A DNA stretch of 63,590 nt, counting the filler, from Parasitella parasitica NRRL 2501 (Eukaryota; Fungi; Mucoromycota): assembly GCA_025201805.1 (NCBI GenBank). It is 7 parts of 7 records of this genome, joined end to end, with 100 filler letters (N's around TTAATTAATTAA, not from the genome) between each part and the next. Parts side by side here need not be neighbours in the genome. Positions count along the whole stretch, not along the records: positions 52,972 to 55,050 come from MU619271.1; positions 55,151 to 61,061 come from MU619340.1; positions 61,162 to 62,289 come from MU619673.1; positions 62,390 to 63,590 come from MU619664.1; 3 more parts are not named here. One strand, 5' to 3'. A program made the position numbers and the translations under genes. Below, piece by piece: positions 53,261 to 63,590 of this stretch. A model generated the notes under the pieces. That model was not told the origin of the DNA and ran no database searches. It saw only the letters and a program-made list of their open reading frames with translations. How positions within the stretch are numbered: position 1 is the first letter of the stretch; each line of letters begins with the position of its first letter.

Positions 53261-54128
53261 CTCTTCGGTAGTATAATTCAAAGTTTTTATTTTTATTAGG
53301 GTACTCTAGTAGCACGCGACCTATGGGCCATTTTTGCTAGTACCTGGGAAACAGCAAGGAAAGCATACTATATAATTGGGAGGAGGAGGGAGGGTAAATA
53401 CTATGTATATAGATAATGAAAGGTGAAGATTTTTTTTTTTAGCTGGGTGTTGAGATCTGCAAGATCGAAATAAGAAAAGTATAATATAAAACGTTGAATT
53501 AACGAGATACGAAAACTTGAGATTACTTTATTAAAGATTCAACTTTGCATCTGCTATTTATACTTTTTGCAACAACATAAATTTTTGGTGACTTATTTAA
53601 AATACTAGTCGATAGTAATCGATAAGAATAATTTGCAAGCAACATCATATCTTTAACAGGGTACGATATACTATTATACTACAAGGTTATTGATCTTTGA
53701 TCTGACAGTACCTTATTGTTTGTCAATCATACAGATCTGTGTTACAGATAACCTTCCCGATTTGAAACAAAGACTTTATTCTCCTGTTTCGACCAGTATA
53801 ACAACACATCATTGGACAATCTCCAATCTTTAATTGAAGTACACTATCATGATCTCCTAACCTACATTATGGCAGATCACTGGGGATACGATACGACTTT
53901 ATTAAAACCTGGGCGGATGCCTGACAAGACCTCAATACTAAACCTACCAACCCGGCAACCGAGAGCCAAGAACATAGCGGCATTAAAACCTTCGCGAGAA
54001 ATTGGAGTTTACTGTAGAGAATTAGTACATGCAACAATTTTTTTTTAGCGGATAGTGAGAATCGAACTTGGGACTTCAAGAAACACGTTTTTTATAGCCT
54101 AGTGTACAAACCACTGAGCTAAAGGACC
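53261..54128 (-). mobile_element. tRNA-headed SINE-like element interrupted by a solo LTR
   Basis: Head GGTCCTTTAGCTCAGTGGT (A box)...AGTTCGATTC (B box) at 54128-54048, without a proper cloverleaf. Tail motif ATAAAAACTTT-N6-TACTACCGAAGAG shared with the upstream element. Confidence 0.55.
53448..53879. mobile_element. Solo LTR, family B (432 bp)
   Basis: TGTTGAG...GATCA with perfect TSD CTGGG; near-identical to 55882-56313. Confidence 0.92.
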
Positions 54129-54135
54129 GTAGCCC

Positions 54136-55050
54136 CTCTTCGGTAGTAGAGACTAAAGTTTTTATATATTTAAATAATGCAGTTATAAAGATCTTCGCTT
54201 ATTAGCCATTTGATCAACTACGATGATAATAAGATAGTGTGTGATAAAATATAAAAAACTATGATTACAAATGAATCGATAGGAAAAAAAAAGAGGATAG
54301 TATGAGTAAAATATGGGTGTGGAACACACAGTTTATGCGTCCAAATCATGGTCTTGAGAGTCTGCTATTTGGTGTGCAGAGTTGGTACGACGATTGAAGA
54401 AGAGAGCTACAATATCATCAGGGATGTGAAATTGCAGATCTTCAGTTTGGTTAAAGTATCTTATGATGGATGATCCCAGATGAGCAGGTTCTAATGTTGA
54501 GCAGATTTTGAGCATTCGATTATAATATATACGAGTAGCCATGTCTTGTTTCTGTTCTACTGATAATGTAGCATGTCTGGGGTCACAAATCACACTTTCA
54601 TGATGAGGATCGAAAGCGAATGGAGTTACTTTGCCTTGTGCAAATATTGTTTTGATTGTTTCGGCATAAGCATTGTGAACTAAGAGGGATACAACTCCTC
54701 TAGTAGGAAAACTAACAGCTAAAACTCGTCTGTTAGAGATGCCCATGATAGCTAAACGCTTTCTAACTATGCGTTGGTTAGTTCGTGTAGAATTTTTGAT
54801 GTGTATAAATTGATAGCCGGTTGGCTCAGTGTTTGCTGTAAACCCACGGTATGCCCAATCCATCATAATTTTAGTGGGAGTTGAGGAGGCAGGTTGTTTT
54901 TTCTGAGTTTTTGATTTTGAAATGCTCTTTTTTTTGCTTTTTGTTTGAGCATGCACAGTTGCGTTTCGTTTAACAACAGTGGTCCATGGTGTTTCCGTTG
55001 TATCCAATGATGGTGCAGCAGTAGGAGGAGGGGGACATTGAGTGTTGTTA
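54136..55050 (-). mobile_element. Probable non-LTR retroelement ORF1-only unit (ORF 54333 to >55050) with ~200-nt 3' UTR
   Basis: Intronless basic ORF open to the gap. GYQFIHI..RKRL..GISNRRVLAVSFP..VVSLLVHNAY recalls a Mucorales repeat-ORF family (from memory). No ORF2 before the tail motif. Confidence 0.5.
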
Positions 55051-55881
55051 NNNNNNNNNNNNNNNNNNNNNNNNNNNNNNNNNNNNNNNNNNNNTTAATT
55101 AATTAANNNNNNNNNNNNNNNNNNNNNNNNNNNNNNNNNNNNNNNNNNNNAATTATCTCTGGAGCTTGAGTTAACGCTAGACTGGTAAATGCAACGTTAG
55201 CGATTAGCTTGACTGTTAAATTTAACACTTTCTTTCGCCATGGTGTTATCAATGCTACTAATTGCTACTCACAAGCGATTATCGTATTTATCACTGGTCA
55301 TCAATTTAGTCTTTGTGATAAAAGCATCACTAGTGATAAAATGGTTTCCCACCAGTCATCCAGTAAAACACCTAATTACTAGTTATTAGAACTGATGATA
55401 AATGTGAAAAAAAATAGCACTGAAGTTAGCCATGGTGCTAATCATTTTAAGGAGTTTAGAAAGCCTATCCATTTTATTTGATTAAAAGAGATACGAAGAA
55501 GAGCTAAATCTATATGATTTGCAAACTAGTTACATCAGTATTATTGGAATGTTCTCATATATATGAAACCAGTTGCAATTTAGATGGAATGGTAGAGTTA
55601 TCCTAGTGTTGCAGTCACCAGGGTATCTGTTTTTTAGAAAGCAATTTAGCTTAACTTTGACGTCTATCTTATTATACTCTCATCCTATCCCTAGAGTAAT
55701 AGATTCATGTTTAAGTTATTTCGTATGAATAAAACTATTTTTTCAATTCCTAACTTGATATGTTCAGTCTTTCGTTATTTTGTATGGTTTAACCTATTTT
55801 TTTTATCCCCAGGTTAATTATTCATTTTTCAGTTATGTTTTCCGCTTTAACCAATTTTTCCTATTCTATCTTGAATATTCA

Positions 55882-56313
55882 TGTTGAGATCTGCAAGATC
55901 GAAATAAGAAAAGTATAATATAAAACGTTGAATTAACGAGATACGAAAACTTGAGATTACTTTATTAAAGATTCAACTTTGTATCTGCTATTTATACTTT
56001 TTACAACAACATAAATTTTTGGTGACTTATTTAAAATACTAGTCGATACTAATCGATAAGAATAATTTGCAAGCAACATCATATCCTTAACAGGGTACGA
56101 TGTATTATTATACTACAAGGCTATTGATCTTTGATCTGACAGTACCTTATTGTTTGTCAATCATACAGACCTGTGTTACAGATAACCTTCCTGATTTGAA
56201 ACAAAGACTTTATTCTCCTGTTTCGACCAGTATAACAACACATCATTGGACAATCTCCAATCTTTAATTGAAGTACACTATCATGATCTCCTAACCTACA
56301 TTATGGCAGATCA
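55882..56313. mobile_element. Solo LTR, family B (432 bp)
   Basis: TG...CA ends with perfect TSD ATTCA. Confidence 0.92.
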
Positions 56314-56881
56314 ATTCATTTTTTAGTTATTTTTTCAAGATTAATCCATTTATTCTATCCCTTATCTAATTTTTCATTACTACTGTCTTTTTTGGGTTTC
56401 TAGGAAAAAAATGACAGGGTTTATGATAATGAATTTCCAGGTTTCTGATAAAGTGTCGGGAGTTTCTGAAAAATCTGAGGGAGATAATGCTAAAAGCTGA
56501 GAAGACTATGGCGAAAAAAGCGTTAAATTCAACAGTCGAACTAATCGCTAACGTTTTATTCACCAGTCTAGCGTTGAATCTAGTTCCAGGGATAATTTAA
56601 CCGTTAAGCGATAAACTGAACGTGAGAGTTCGGGGTAACGGGTTAGCGATAAATACAATGATGGTATTTGAACAAGCTTTAAAGCGCTAGATTTAACGAT
56701 AGCATTAAAACAAGCTCTATAACGATCGATTTAGCGACAGCAATAAAACAAGCCATACAGCAACGGATTTAACGATAGATTTCTAGTAGGAATAAAACTA
56801 GCACTAGCTTTTCATGATATCGCAATAAATCAAGCTTTTCGGTGCTAAATCAATCAAAATTTTTTATATTTTACAGTATAG

Positions 56882-57194
56882 TGTTGAGATCTGCAAGATC
56901 GAAATAAGAAAAGTATAATATAAGACGTTGAATTAACGAGATACGAAAACTAGAGAATACTTTATTAAAGATTCAACTTTGCATCTGCTATTTATACTTT
57001 TTACAACTACATAAATTTTTGGTGACTTTATTTAAAATACTAGTCGATACTAATCGATAAGAATAATTCGCAAGCAACATCATATCCTTAACAGGGTACG
57101 ATGTATTATTATACTACAACAAGGCTATTGATCTTTGATCTGACAGTACCTTATTGTTTGTCAATCATACAGATCTGTATTACAGATAACCTTC
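56882..57194. mobile_element. LTR family B, truncated and fused to the virus-like ORF
   Basis: Matches the first ~310 nt of family B up to ACAGATAACCTTC, then switches to unrelated coding sequence. Confidence 0.88.
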
Positions 57195-60100
57195 GAAACC
57201 AACTAAACGATTTATATACTTTGATAAATCTATATTGTGTGATAAAGTTGTTGAAAGAGCCGATTCCATGTATTTCCTAGTGTTCTTCTTCTCTTTCCAA
57301 GTTCCTGTGATACCCCTCTGCAGTTCCGTTGTAAAATGCTTACCTCCTTTTAACGATACACTAACTTTTTGTGTCTCCCCAGCCTCCATCATTTTAGACC
57401 AATCTCCCATTGCTCCCTCTTGTTCTTCTTCATACATAGCATCTAAGATTTCTTGTAAGCTTTGCTGATTTTCAGCCCTCATACGTCTACCTGTTCTTGC
57501 ATGTACTTCATAATTCATGTAAAGAACATCGTCATCTTCGTTGTTCTCATTATAAAACATAGCATGCTTTCCGCTTTTTATAGCTCTATAATTACTTATT
57601 TGCTTTTGAAGAAACTGTTTTTTATGTGTTCGCGCCTTTCCTGCTGCTTCGGTTATCTTAGTTTTTGTTTTAAACTTTAAATCATGTACCAACTTGTACG
57701 TGAAGACATTACCCGTTATTATCTCCACTTCATTTCTAAAACGAGGATGCACTTCCTTCATAAGCTGCTTTTGTGCTTGTATTAAATCAAATACATTCAT
57801 GCTGTTATAATTTGCTGATATATAATTTATGTACTTTAGCAAAGCCTGAATTTCTCTTTTTTCATAACCTGCTGTGCGTAACTTACCACTGTATCTTTCT
57901 GTGCAAGCTTTTACGAAATCCTGATCTATCTTAATTGTTCCTATTGTTTTTTCCTCTATCTCCTTCATTTTCTTTAAAAGTTCGTACATTGCCATATACA
58001 CTGCATACTTATCTTTTCTGAATAAAGCCAGACTTTTAACTACACCACTTCACTTTCTGTTACGATTTCTCCGTTTATAGTCCCTTCCAACAAATATTCA
58101 TACGTGTTCTTAAGTGCTTGTTTTTCTAGTGTTGTTAAATTATAATAATCATAGCTTGTCGTGCATATGCTCACTATAAGATCATGCAAATACGTTTCGT
58201 TGCTTTTCCTAGTTTTGTATCCTGCGTTATGTGCTAAAAAAATTGATTGCATGACTTTATAAGTCCAGCTGTCATTGTTCTCATCTACATCATGTGCTTT
58301 CATTATTTCCTGTTGTTGCTCCAGACCTAATTCTTCCGTATATTCCTGCAACACATCCATGACTCTCAATAACTTTTCTTGATTTAATGGTTCTATGTTC
58401 AATTCAGATGTTACTAAAGTTATCACATCTTCACCTCTTATCTTACTTTTCTTTTTGTTTTCTTTTGTTACTACTTCCTCCAACTTATCTTTACGATCCA
58501 CTGTTTCAGGTAGCTTTCGGCCACTCTTATTTGTATTAAAACAAAAGTTATATACCTTGCTTAGCAAACCGTACCTTTTGGTAAGAGCAAACAACACAAC
58601 TAAAATGGTTACTAGTAAGAAAATTAATAAATACTTACTTCTATACAAAGTTTGCAAATTCCATTTCTTCCCAGGATACTTAGCTTTTAACTTTTCTAAA
58701 TCTGCCATAGCTTGCCTAAGATTTCCATTTGGTAATTGTCTACCGTTCTCCGTAAAATATCTTTTGTATGCTTCGTAACCTTCTCTACTAATTCCTAAAT
58801 TATTTTGAGGTATCTTATAACCTTTGAGCTTTGCTATCTTTGCCTCTAAAATTCGTATCATTGTTTTACGAGTGTTTATTTGTTCATCCAGTTTTTTCAT
58901 CTCTTCTTGTTCCATTGCAATTGCTCGTTCAAATGCTTGTTCTCTAAAGATTTTTGATATAGCACTAGAGGCCATCTCTCTCATGTTGTCCATTTGGTTC
59001 CGTGATGAATTGTATTGATCTTCAAGTATTTGTATTTCAGTTTTCTTTATTTTCCTAAACATTTCTAAATAGTCGATCCGATCAGTGTCCATCGCCTGCA
59101 CTGTTTCTGTCATAGCTGCTATTTCTATTGCAATAGTTTCACCTATTTGTTCTTGAATTTTCTTTACATGTTCCGGACTGATAGTTTTCTCAAATAATGC
59201 ATATAATGTATTACGATCCATCATATAGTCTGATAACGGTACATTTATGAGTACGTCTTTTGATATGTTGCCATCTTTAATTGTTATATTCATCCTCTCA
59301 AAATTTGATATCATTCCTCTAGGTATTAAACTTTTATTAAAAACCTTACTGCAGCGAAACGCAGTAAAAAAAGTGTAAAAAAGCAAGATACGATTAAAAT
59401 CCTTCTTTATTTTGAAAGTAGATTGAATGTGCAATAAGCTGTTATTTTATATCTCTATTTATATTATTTGAGTGTCGTCTTACTAGCAGACAATTGTTTC
59501 GTTATTTCTTAACCGTTCCATTATTCTTTATATGTTGTGTTATGAATTCTAATCAGCCGTTCTGGCTTAGTAGTAAACTATCATACTACTTGTTGGGTTG
59601 ATTAGAGATGGTCATTCATCAGGTCAATAGGATAATTCTATCGTAGCTATTCTAATCTTACGTGAGTGTGAATATTATTGAGTTGTTTATTGACGTTGTT
59701 GATCTAACGATGGATCAAGGACGGCATTTGAAACATAATTCTTATTTATGCGATTAGGAAGCTTTCATTGTTTGATGAATTGTTCCTTTTCAGGCTTTAG
59801 TTTGTGGCACAACATGCTATTTTGACATAATATGTCGATTTCTATCCCTGCTATATTTGTTTATCTTTGTAGTCATAGCTTCTATTGTTGGGAAGATGAC
59901 AATATTTTATGATGGGAATCTAGTCTCGTTCACTTCACTTACTTTCCATATCCATTTCTGTCATATATTGTCGGAACTCAAAATAGTTGTAATAAAAGGC
60001 CCCTTGCTCATCCAACATACCTAAAGTCATGAGTGGATGTAGAGTACTTGCTAAGATATTTTTGATTTTAATATCTGTTATTCTCCCTACTAGTTGCGCT

Positions 60101-60357
60101 TCTTCATAAAAATAGTCATGTACTATTAACTTACATTTAAGACAACGCACATAGGCAGCAAATCGCTCTATTTGATCTAAACTTTCATGAGCGGTATAAT
60201 TTACTGGGTTGAAAACATAATTACCACTGCGCGTTCTACCCACTTTTCCTCTGCGCTGCAATGATTCCTGTTCGCTGATTGGTACTGTCGTTGTCAGTAT
60301 CGCTTTGTCAATATAATTAATTACAGGTTTCATTTTCATACTTGTATCGAAGATGTT
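57195..60357 (-). pseudogene. Endogenous viral element: poty-like (+)ssRNA virus polyprotein fragment (SF2 helicase C-terminus, TM segment, further domains)
   Basis: FDTSMKMKPVI..ISEQESLQRRGKVGR (viral DExH motif VI) followed by a CI-like tail. Intronless, A-rich coding strand. Frames join after removing 59350-59937 plus one TSD and one AAGTG duplicate near 58050. Confidence 0.72.
59350..59937. mobile_element. Solo LTR (588 bp) inserted in the viral ORF
   Basis: TGCAGCGAAACG...CGTTCACTTCA imperfect inverted ends; perfect TSD CTTAC (59345-59349, 59938-59942). Confidence 0.85.
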
Positions 60358-60551
60358 TGTTGTATCCATATAAGGGCTACATATGTCATATCTAACTTAG
60401 TCATAATGCACGGATCATGATATTAATTGTTGGTAATTCTTTTACAAATAAGGAATAAGCTACAAGTTGTAATTGGACCTCTTGCAAGGTTCCAGGCTTA
60501 TTCAAAGAATACATCTAGATCAGATCGCGGGATGTCGGGAAGACATCCTAC
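60358..60551. mobile_element. LTR family A, partial; truncates the viral ORF upstream
   Basis: TGTTGTATCCATATAAGGGCTAC... matches 62936 onward and is cut at ~60551 by a CACCATGG-ended element. Confidence 0.88.
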
Positions 60552-61482
60552 ACCATGGCCAACTTGTGTGATAAAATCCTAACTACTGGTGATGCTTTAG
60601 CAACTAGGTGTCCAAAATAAGCACCAGTGATTAGATTTTACACACAAAATGTAGAACTCAATCACTCAAACATCGTAAGCTTCAATTAGAACTCCCTTTT
60701 AGTCTTTCGCGAACCATTTTCCACTGACGTTATGCTCAAAAAATTGCAATCAGACGTTTATTCATCACTAAACTTTAAAAACAATCACTAAAAATAGAAT
60801 AAGTGATTGATTCATCACCAAGCATTTAAGAGTATCACTGTGAATAAGAAGAGTGATTAATTCGTCACCAAGAACTCAAAAAAATCACTGAAAAGGTAAC
60901 ACCACAAGGCAATAATAAAGATGTTCTTCAGTTAATAGGAAATTTTCTTCATATACATACTACATCACATAAAAATAACTAGTAGAATACTTGATATTTT
61001 GCACAGAATGCAATTGATCCATATTGATACAGTTATTATTAATGTATTTTCTATAGAAAATNNNNNNNNNNNNNNNNNNNNNNNNNNNNNNNNNNNNNNN
61101 NNNNNTTAATTAATTAANNNNNNNNNNNNNNNNNNNNNNNNNNNNNNNNNNNNNNNNNNNNGGATTCGAACTATTGACCTTCCCTGTCATAAGCCGAAGC
61201 TCTAACCGGGCAGGACAAAAGAGACACTACGTTTTGCTATTTTCTTATCTTATCCTTACTCTACTCTCTTTTATTTTATTTTTTCTTCTTCTTACCCTTA
61301 CTCTACTCTCTTTTACTCTACTCTCTTTTATATACGCCCTTCTTATTCTTTGACCTCCTTGTCTTAAGCTTACGATGTTTGAGTGTTTGTGTGTAAAATC
61401 TAATCACTGGTGCTTGTTTTGGACACCTAGTTGCTAAAGCATCACCAGTAGTTAGGATTTTATCACACAAGTTGGCCATGGT
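60551..61482. mobile_element. ~120-bp near-identical inverted repeats (60551-~60681 and ~61366-61482) on either side of a gap; DNA-transposon termini
   Basis: ACCATGGCCAACTTGTGTGATAAAATCC...AAACATCGTAAGCTT and its reverse complement. Confidence 0.7.
61162..61216 (-). pseudogene. tRNA-derived fragment (Ile-TAT-like or SINE head)
   Basis: Minus strand GGTTAGAGCTTCGGCTTATGAC..AGGTC..AGTTCGAATCC; broken stems; cut by gap. Confidence 0.45.
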
Positions 61483-62935
61483 TGGTGTATTTTTTCTATT
61501 CGTTCATCAACAGTGACAACATACTATCACATTATTCTATTGGTTATTACAGGTACCATCTCAGTTGTAGTAAATAATTGAAGATATAAATACCCTGTAC
61601 TTATATCATAATAAACGATATATTTCTTTTATTGTTCGGATATAGTTGAAAGCTGTGAATTCTTACAATTCTCTTTTTCTTGTATTGAAATATCTGAAAT
61701 ATACATCACAAATTTTGCAAAACATCCGGACCATTAATCCACCTACTGTATGCATAATAGCAGTTATATGCAAATGCATTGAGGTGGATATATAAAACGT
61801 TTTGCCCTTGATTATAGCATATTGCGCCATTTCATGTACATTCACGATCTCAAGTTACCAACGCTTGACGCTCTTCGCTAGATCCTCTTCTCGATAAAAT
61901 AAATGTTTGCATGCAAATTTTCAATAACAAATTTTCTTTCTTATTTTGCTTTCTATAAAAAATTTTAAATGCTTCTGGGAGAGTTAACAGATTCACAGCC
62001 ACTGAATGACAGGAACTTCTTTCGGATTATTGGGAGAAGCTTGAGCCTGCAGGCCAAGTGTATGGATAGTGGACTTTGTCCAAATTTATTCATTCAGAAC
62101 TATGCATTAATGTACTATTTTATTCGTTTTTTTAAAAAAAAAAACTCGCCATCATTTCATTGGTATGTATGATATTAAAGCTTTATTCAGCACATCATAG
62201 CTGACTAATTTCTAAAATTAAGGTGCTTTAAACGCGTACGCCTACACCAATGAAGACGACACGAGAGCGTTCATTAATTTGCGCTTGAANNNNNNNNNNN
62301 NNNNNNNNNNNNNNNNNNNNNNNNNNNNNNNNNTTAATTAATTAANNNNNNNNNNNNNNNNNNNNNNNNNNNNNNNNNNNNNNNNNNNNCATATAATAGA
62401 TTTTGATCTCTCATGATATCAAAGCGGCTCATCATAAAAGCAAGATCCCTTGAGATCAGTAACTTGAATATTTTTGGTGAGAAGCTATATGGTATATAAG
62501 CACATACAGTATGTAGGTATATGTTTTATAATTAAAAATCATATTTCTTCGATTGTTCTCTTTTTAATTATATATAATGATGCATATCAAAATTGAAGAG
62601 AAATCCACGTAAAAAATTAACTGGATAAATCTAGAAGTGGAATGCAGATCATCATAGTAAATGTATTTCACAAATAGATGAATTCCGAGACTAATTTAAT
62701 TTTTTTACTGCTGTTTAAGTGCATATTTTTTCGAATAATTAAGATGGTATGGTGGTATCTCAGCAATAGAACATTAGCAATTATGTTTATATAGTACAGA
62801 ACTTAATTCAATATATATTTAAGATGAGACGTTCCCAGTTTTCAACGTCAGATTTAGGAACATGGTTTCTGTTGGCTCAAACTTCAATCACTCGTGCGAA
62901 TTACTGATCTGCACTACATAATAAATTTACATTAT

Positions 62936-63406
62936 TGTTGTATCCATATAAAGGCTACATATGTCATATCTAACTTAGTCATAATGCGCGGATCATGATA
63001 TTAATTGTTGTTGGTAATTCTTTTACAAATAAGGAGGAATAAAAGCTACAAGTTGTAATTGGACCTCTTGCAAAGTTCCAGGCTTATTCAAAGAATACAT
63101 CTAGATCAGATCGCGGGATGTCGGGAGGATATCCTACCCAGTCTTCTCTTTGATGTAAAATAGAAAGATAGGTCTGTCCTGGAAATGCTGTGATTTAATA
63201 AGGTTTGACACTTCTTGTCAAACATCAGATGTCATGTGGACAAACATCGATTAGGATATATTTTAGTATAAGTAGCGATCATATCTTATGTCAATAAAAG
63301 TCTTTAGGTTTGTATCTGGTTTTATTCAGAAAGTCTTTTTTATTACTTTATACAAATCTTATTTACATAATAACATTACGCAGCGCCCTTTGACACTGGC
63401 ACAACA
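62936..63406. mobile_element. Full-length LTR family A (~470 bp)
   Basis: TGTTGT...ACAACA ends; homologous to 15642-16103. Another copy begins at ~63548 and runs off the window. Confidence 0.88.
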
Positions 63407-63590
63407 TACATTTTCATCATTATTAATGATATGCTTGTTCGTGAAATATACATATAAATTTTGGCTACTTTTTAACAAAAATACAAGGTGTACGAGGAAT
63501 TGCCTAATATATTTAGTGTATTTTGCAATAATGTTCTTGATATGAATTGTTGTATCCATATAAAGGCTACATATGTCATATCTAACTTAG

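Noticed and set aside
54048-54128. Functional tRNA gene
   Set aside because: A and B boxes are present but acceptor and anticodon stems do not pair; treated as a SINE head.
55151-56598. Single foldback element enclosed by the ~95-bp inverted repeats
   Set aside because: The terminal CCATGG-type motifs face inward, which fits the ends of two separate elements better.
59345-59434. N-terminus MHIQSTF... of the 464-aa ORF, and MDTT of the 144-aa ORF
   Set aside because: Both starts are read from inserted LTR sequence, not from the original frame.
59935-60369. Cellular DEAH-box helicase gene
   Set aside because: No introns, no recognisable HA2/OB domains after motif VI, QRRG rather than QRAG/QRxGRAGR, and it continues into a TM-containing polyprotein. 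Not formally excluded without a profile search.

Overview
Eukaryotic, intron-rich, AT-rich fungal DNA, most consistent with a Mucorales (Mucor-like) genome (inference from short GT-AG introns, gene set and TE types). It is made of 7 contigs joined by six artificial 100-nt N44-TTAATTAATTAA-N44 linkers, so adjacency across gaps is uncertain. About 4.7-45.3 kb is ordinary gene-rich sequence: BCK1-like MAPKKK, ERG25, RNase H2A, type II NADH dehydrogenase, RPC31, SEC31, a probable SWSAP1-like Rad51 paralogue, GCN4-like bZIP, two MFS transporters, tRNA-Val(TAC), CDC16, peroxisomal carnitine acetyltransferase and a C2H2 factor. Two DNA-transposon remnants sit at 25.7-28.2 kb. From ~46.9 kb to the end is a nested retroelement graveyard (LINE ORF1s, a decayed chromoviral Ty3/Gypsy, several solo-LTR families with 5-bp TSDs, a tRNA-headed SINE-like unit). 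Top finding 1: three anonymous minus-strand ORFs at 57.2-60.4 kb join into one ~850-aa intronless polyprotein fragment once a TSD-flanked solo LTR and a 5-bp duplication are removed. It begins with a viral SF2 helicase C-terminus resembling potyvirid CI and has a 6K2-like TM segment, suggesting an endogenised poty-like (+)ssRNA virus fused to LTR sequence at both ends. Top finding 2: an array of seven stem-loops at 24.25-24.6 kb has a near-invariant 12-nt loop and U-A/U.G/C-G covariation favouring a + strand structured RNA. All family assignments come from motif recognition by eye; no database searches were run.
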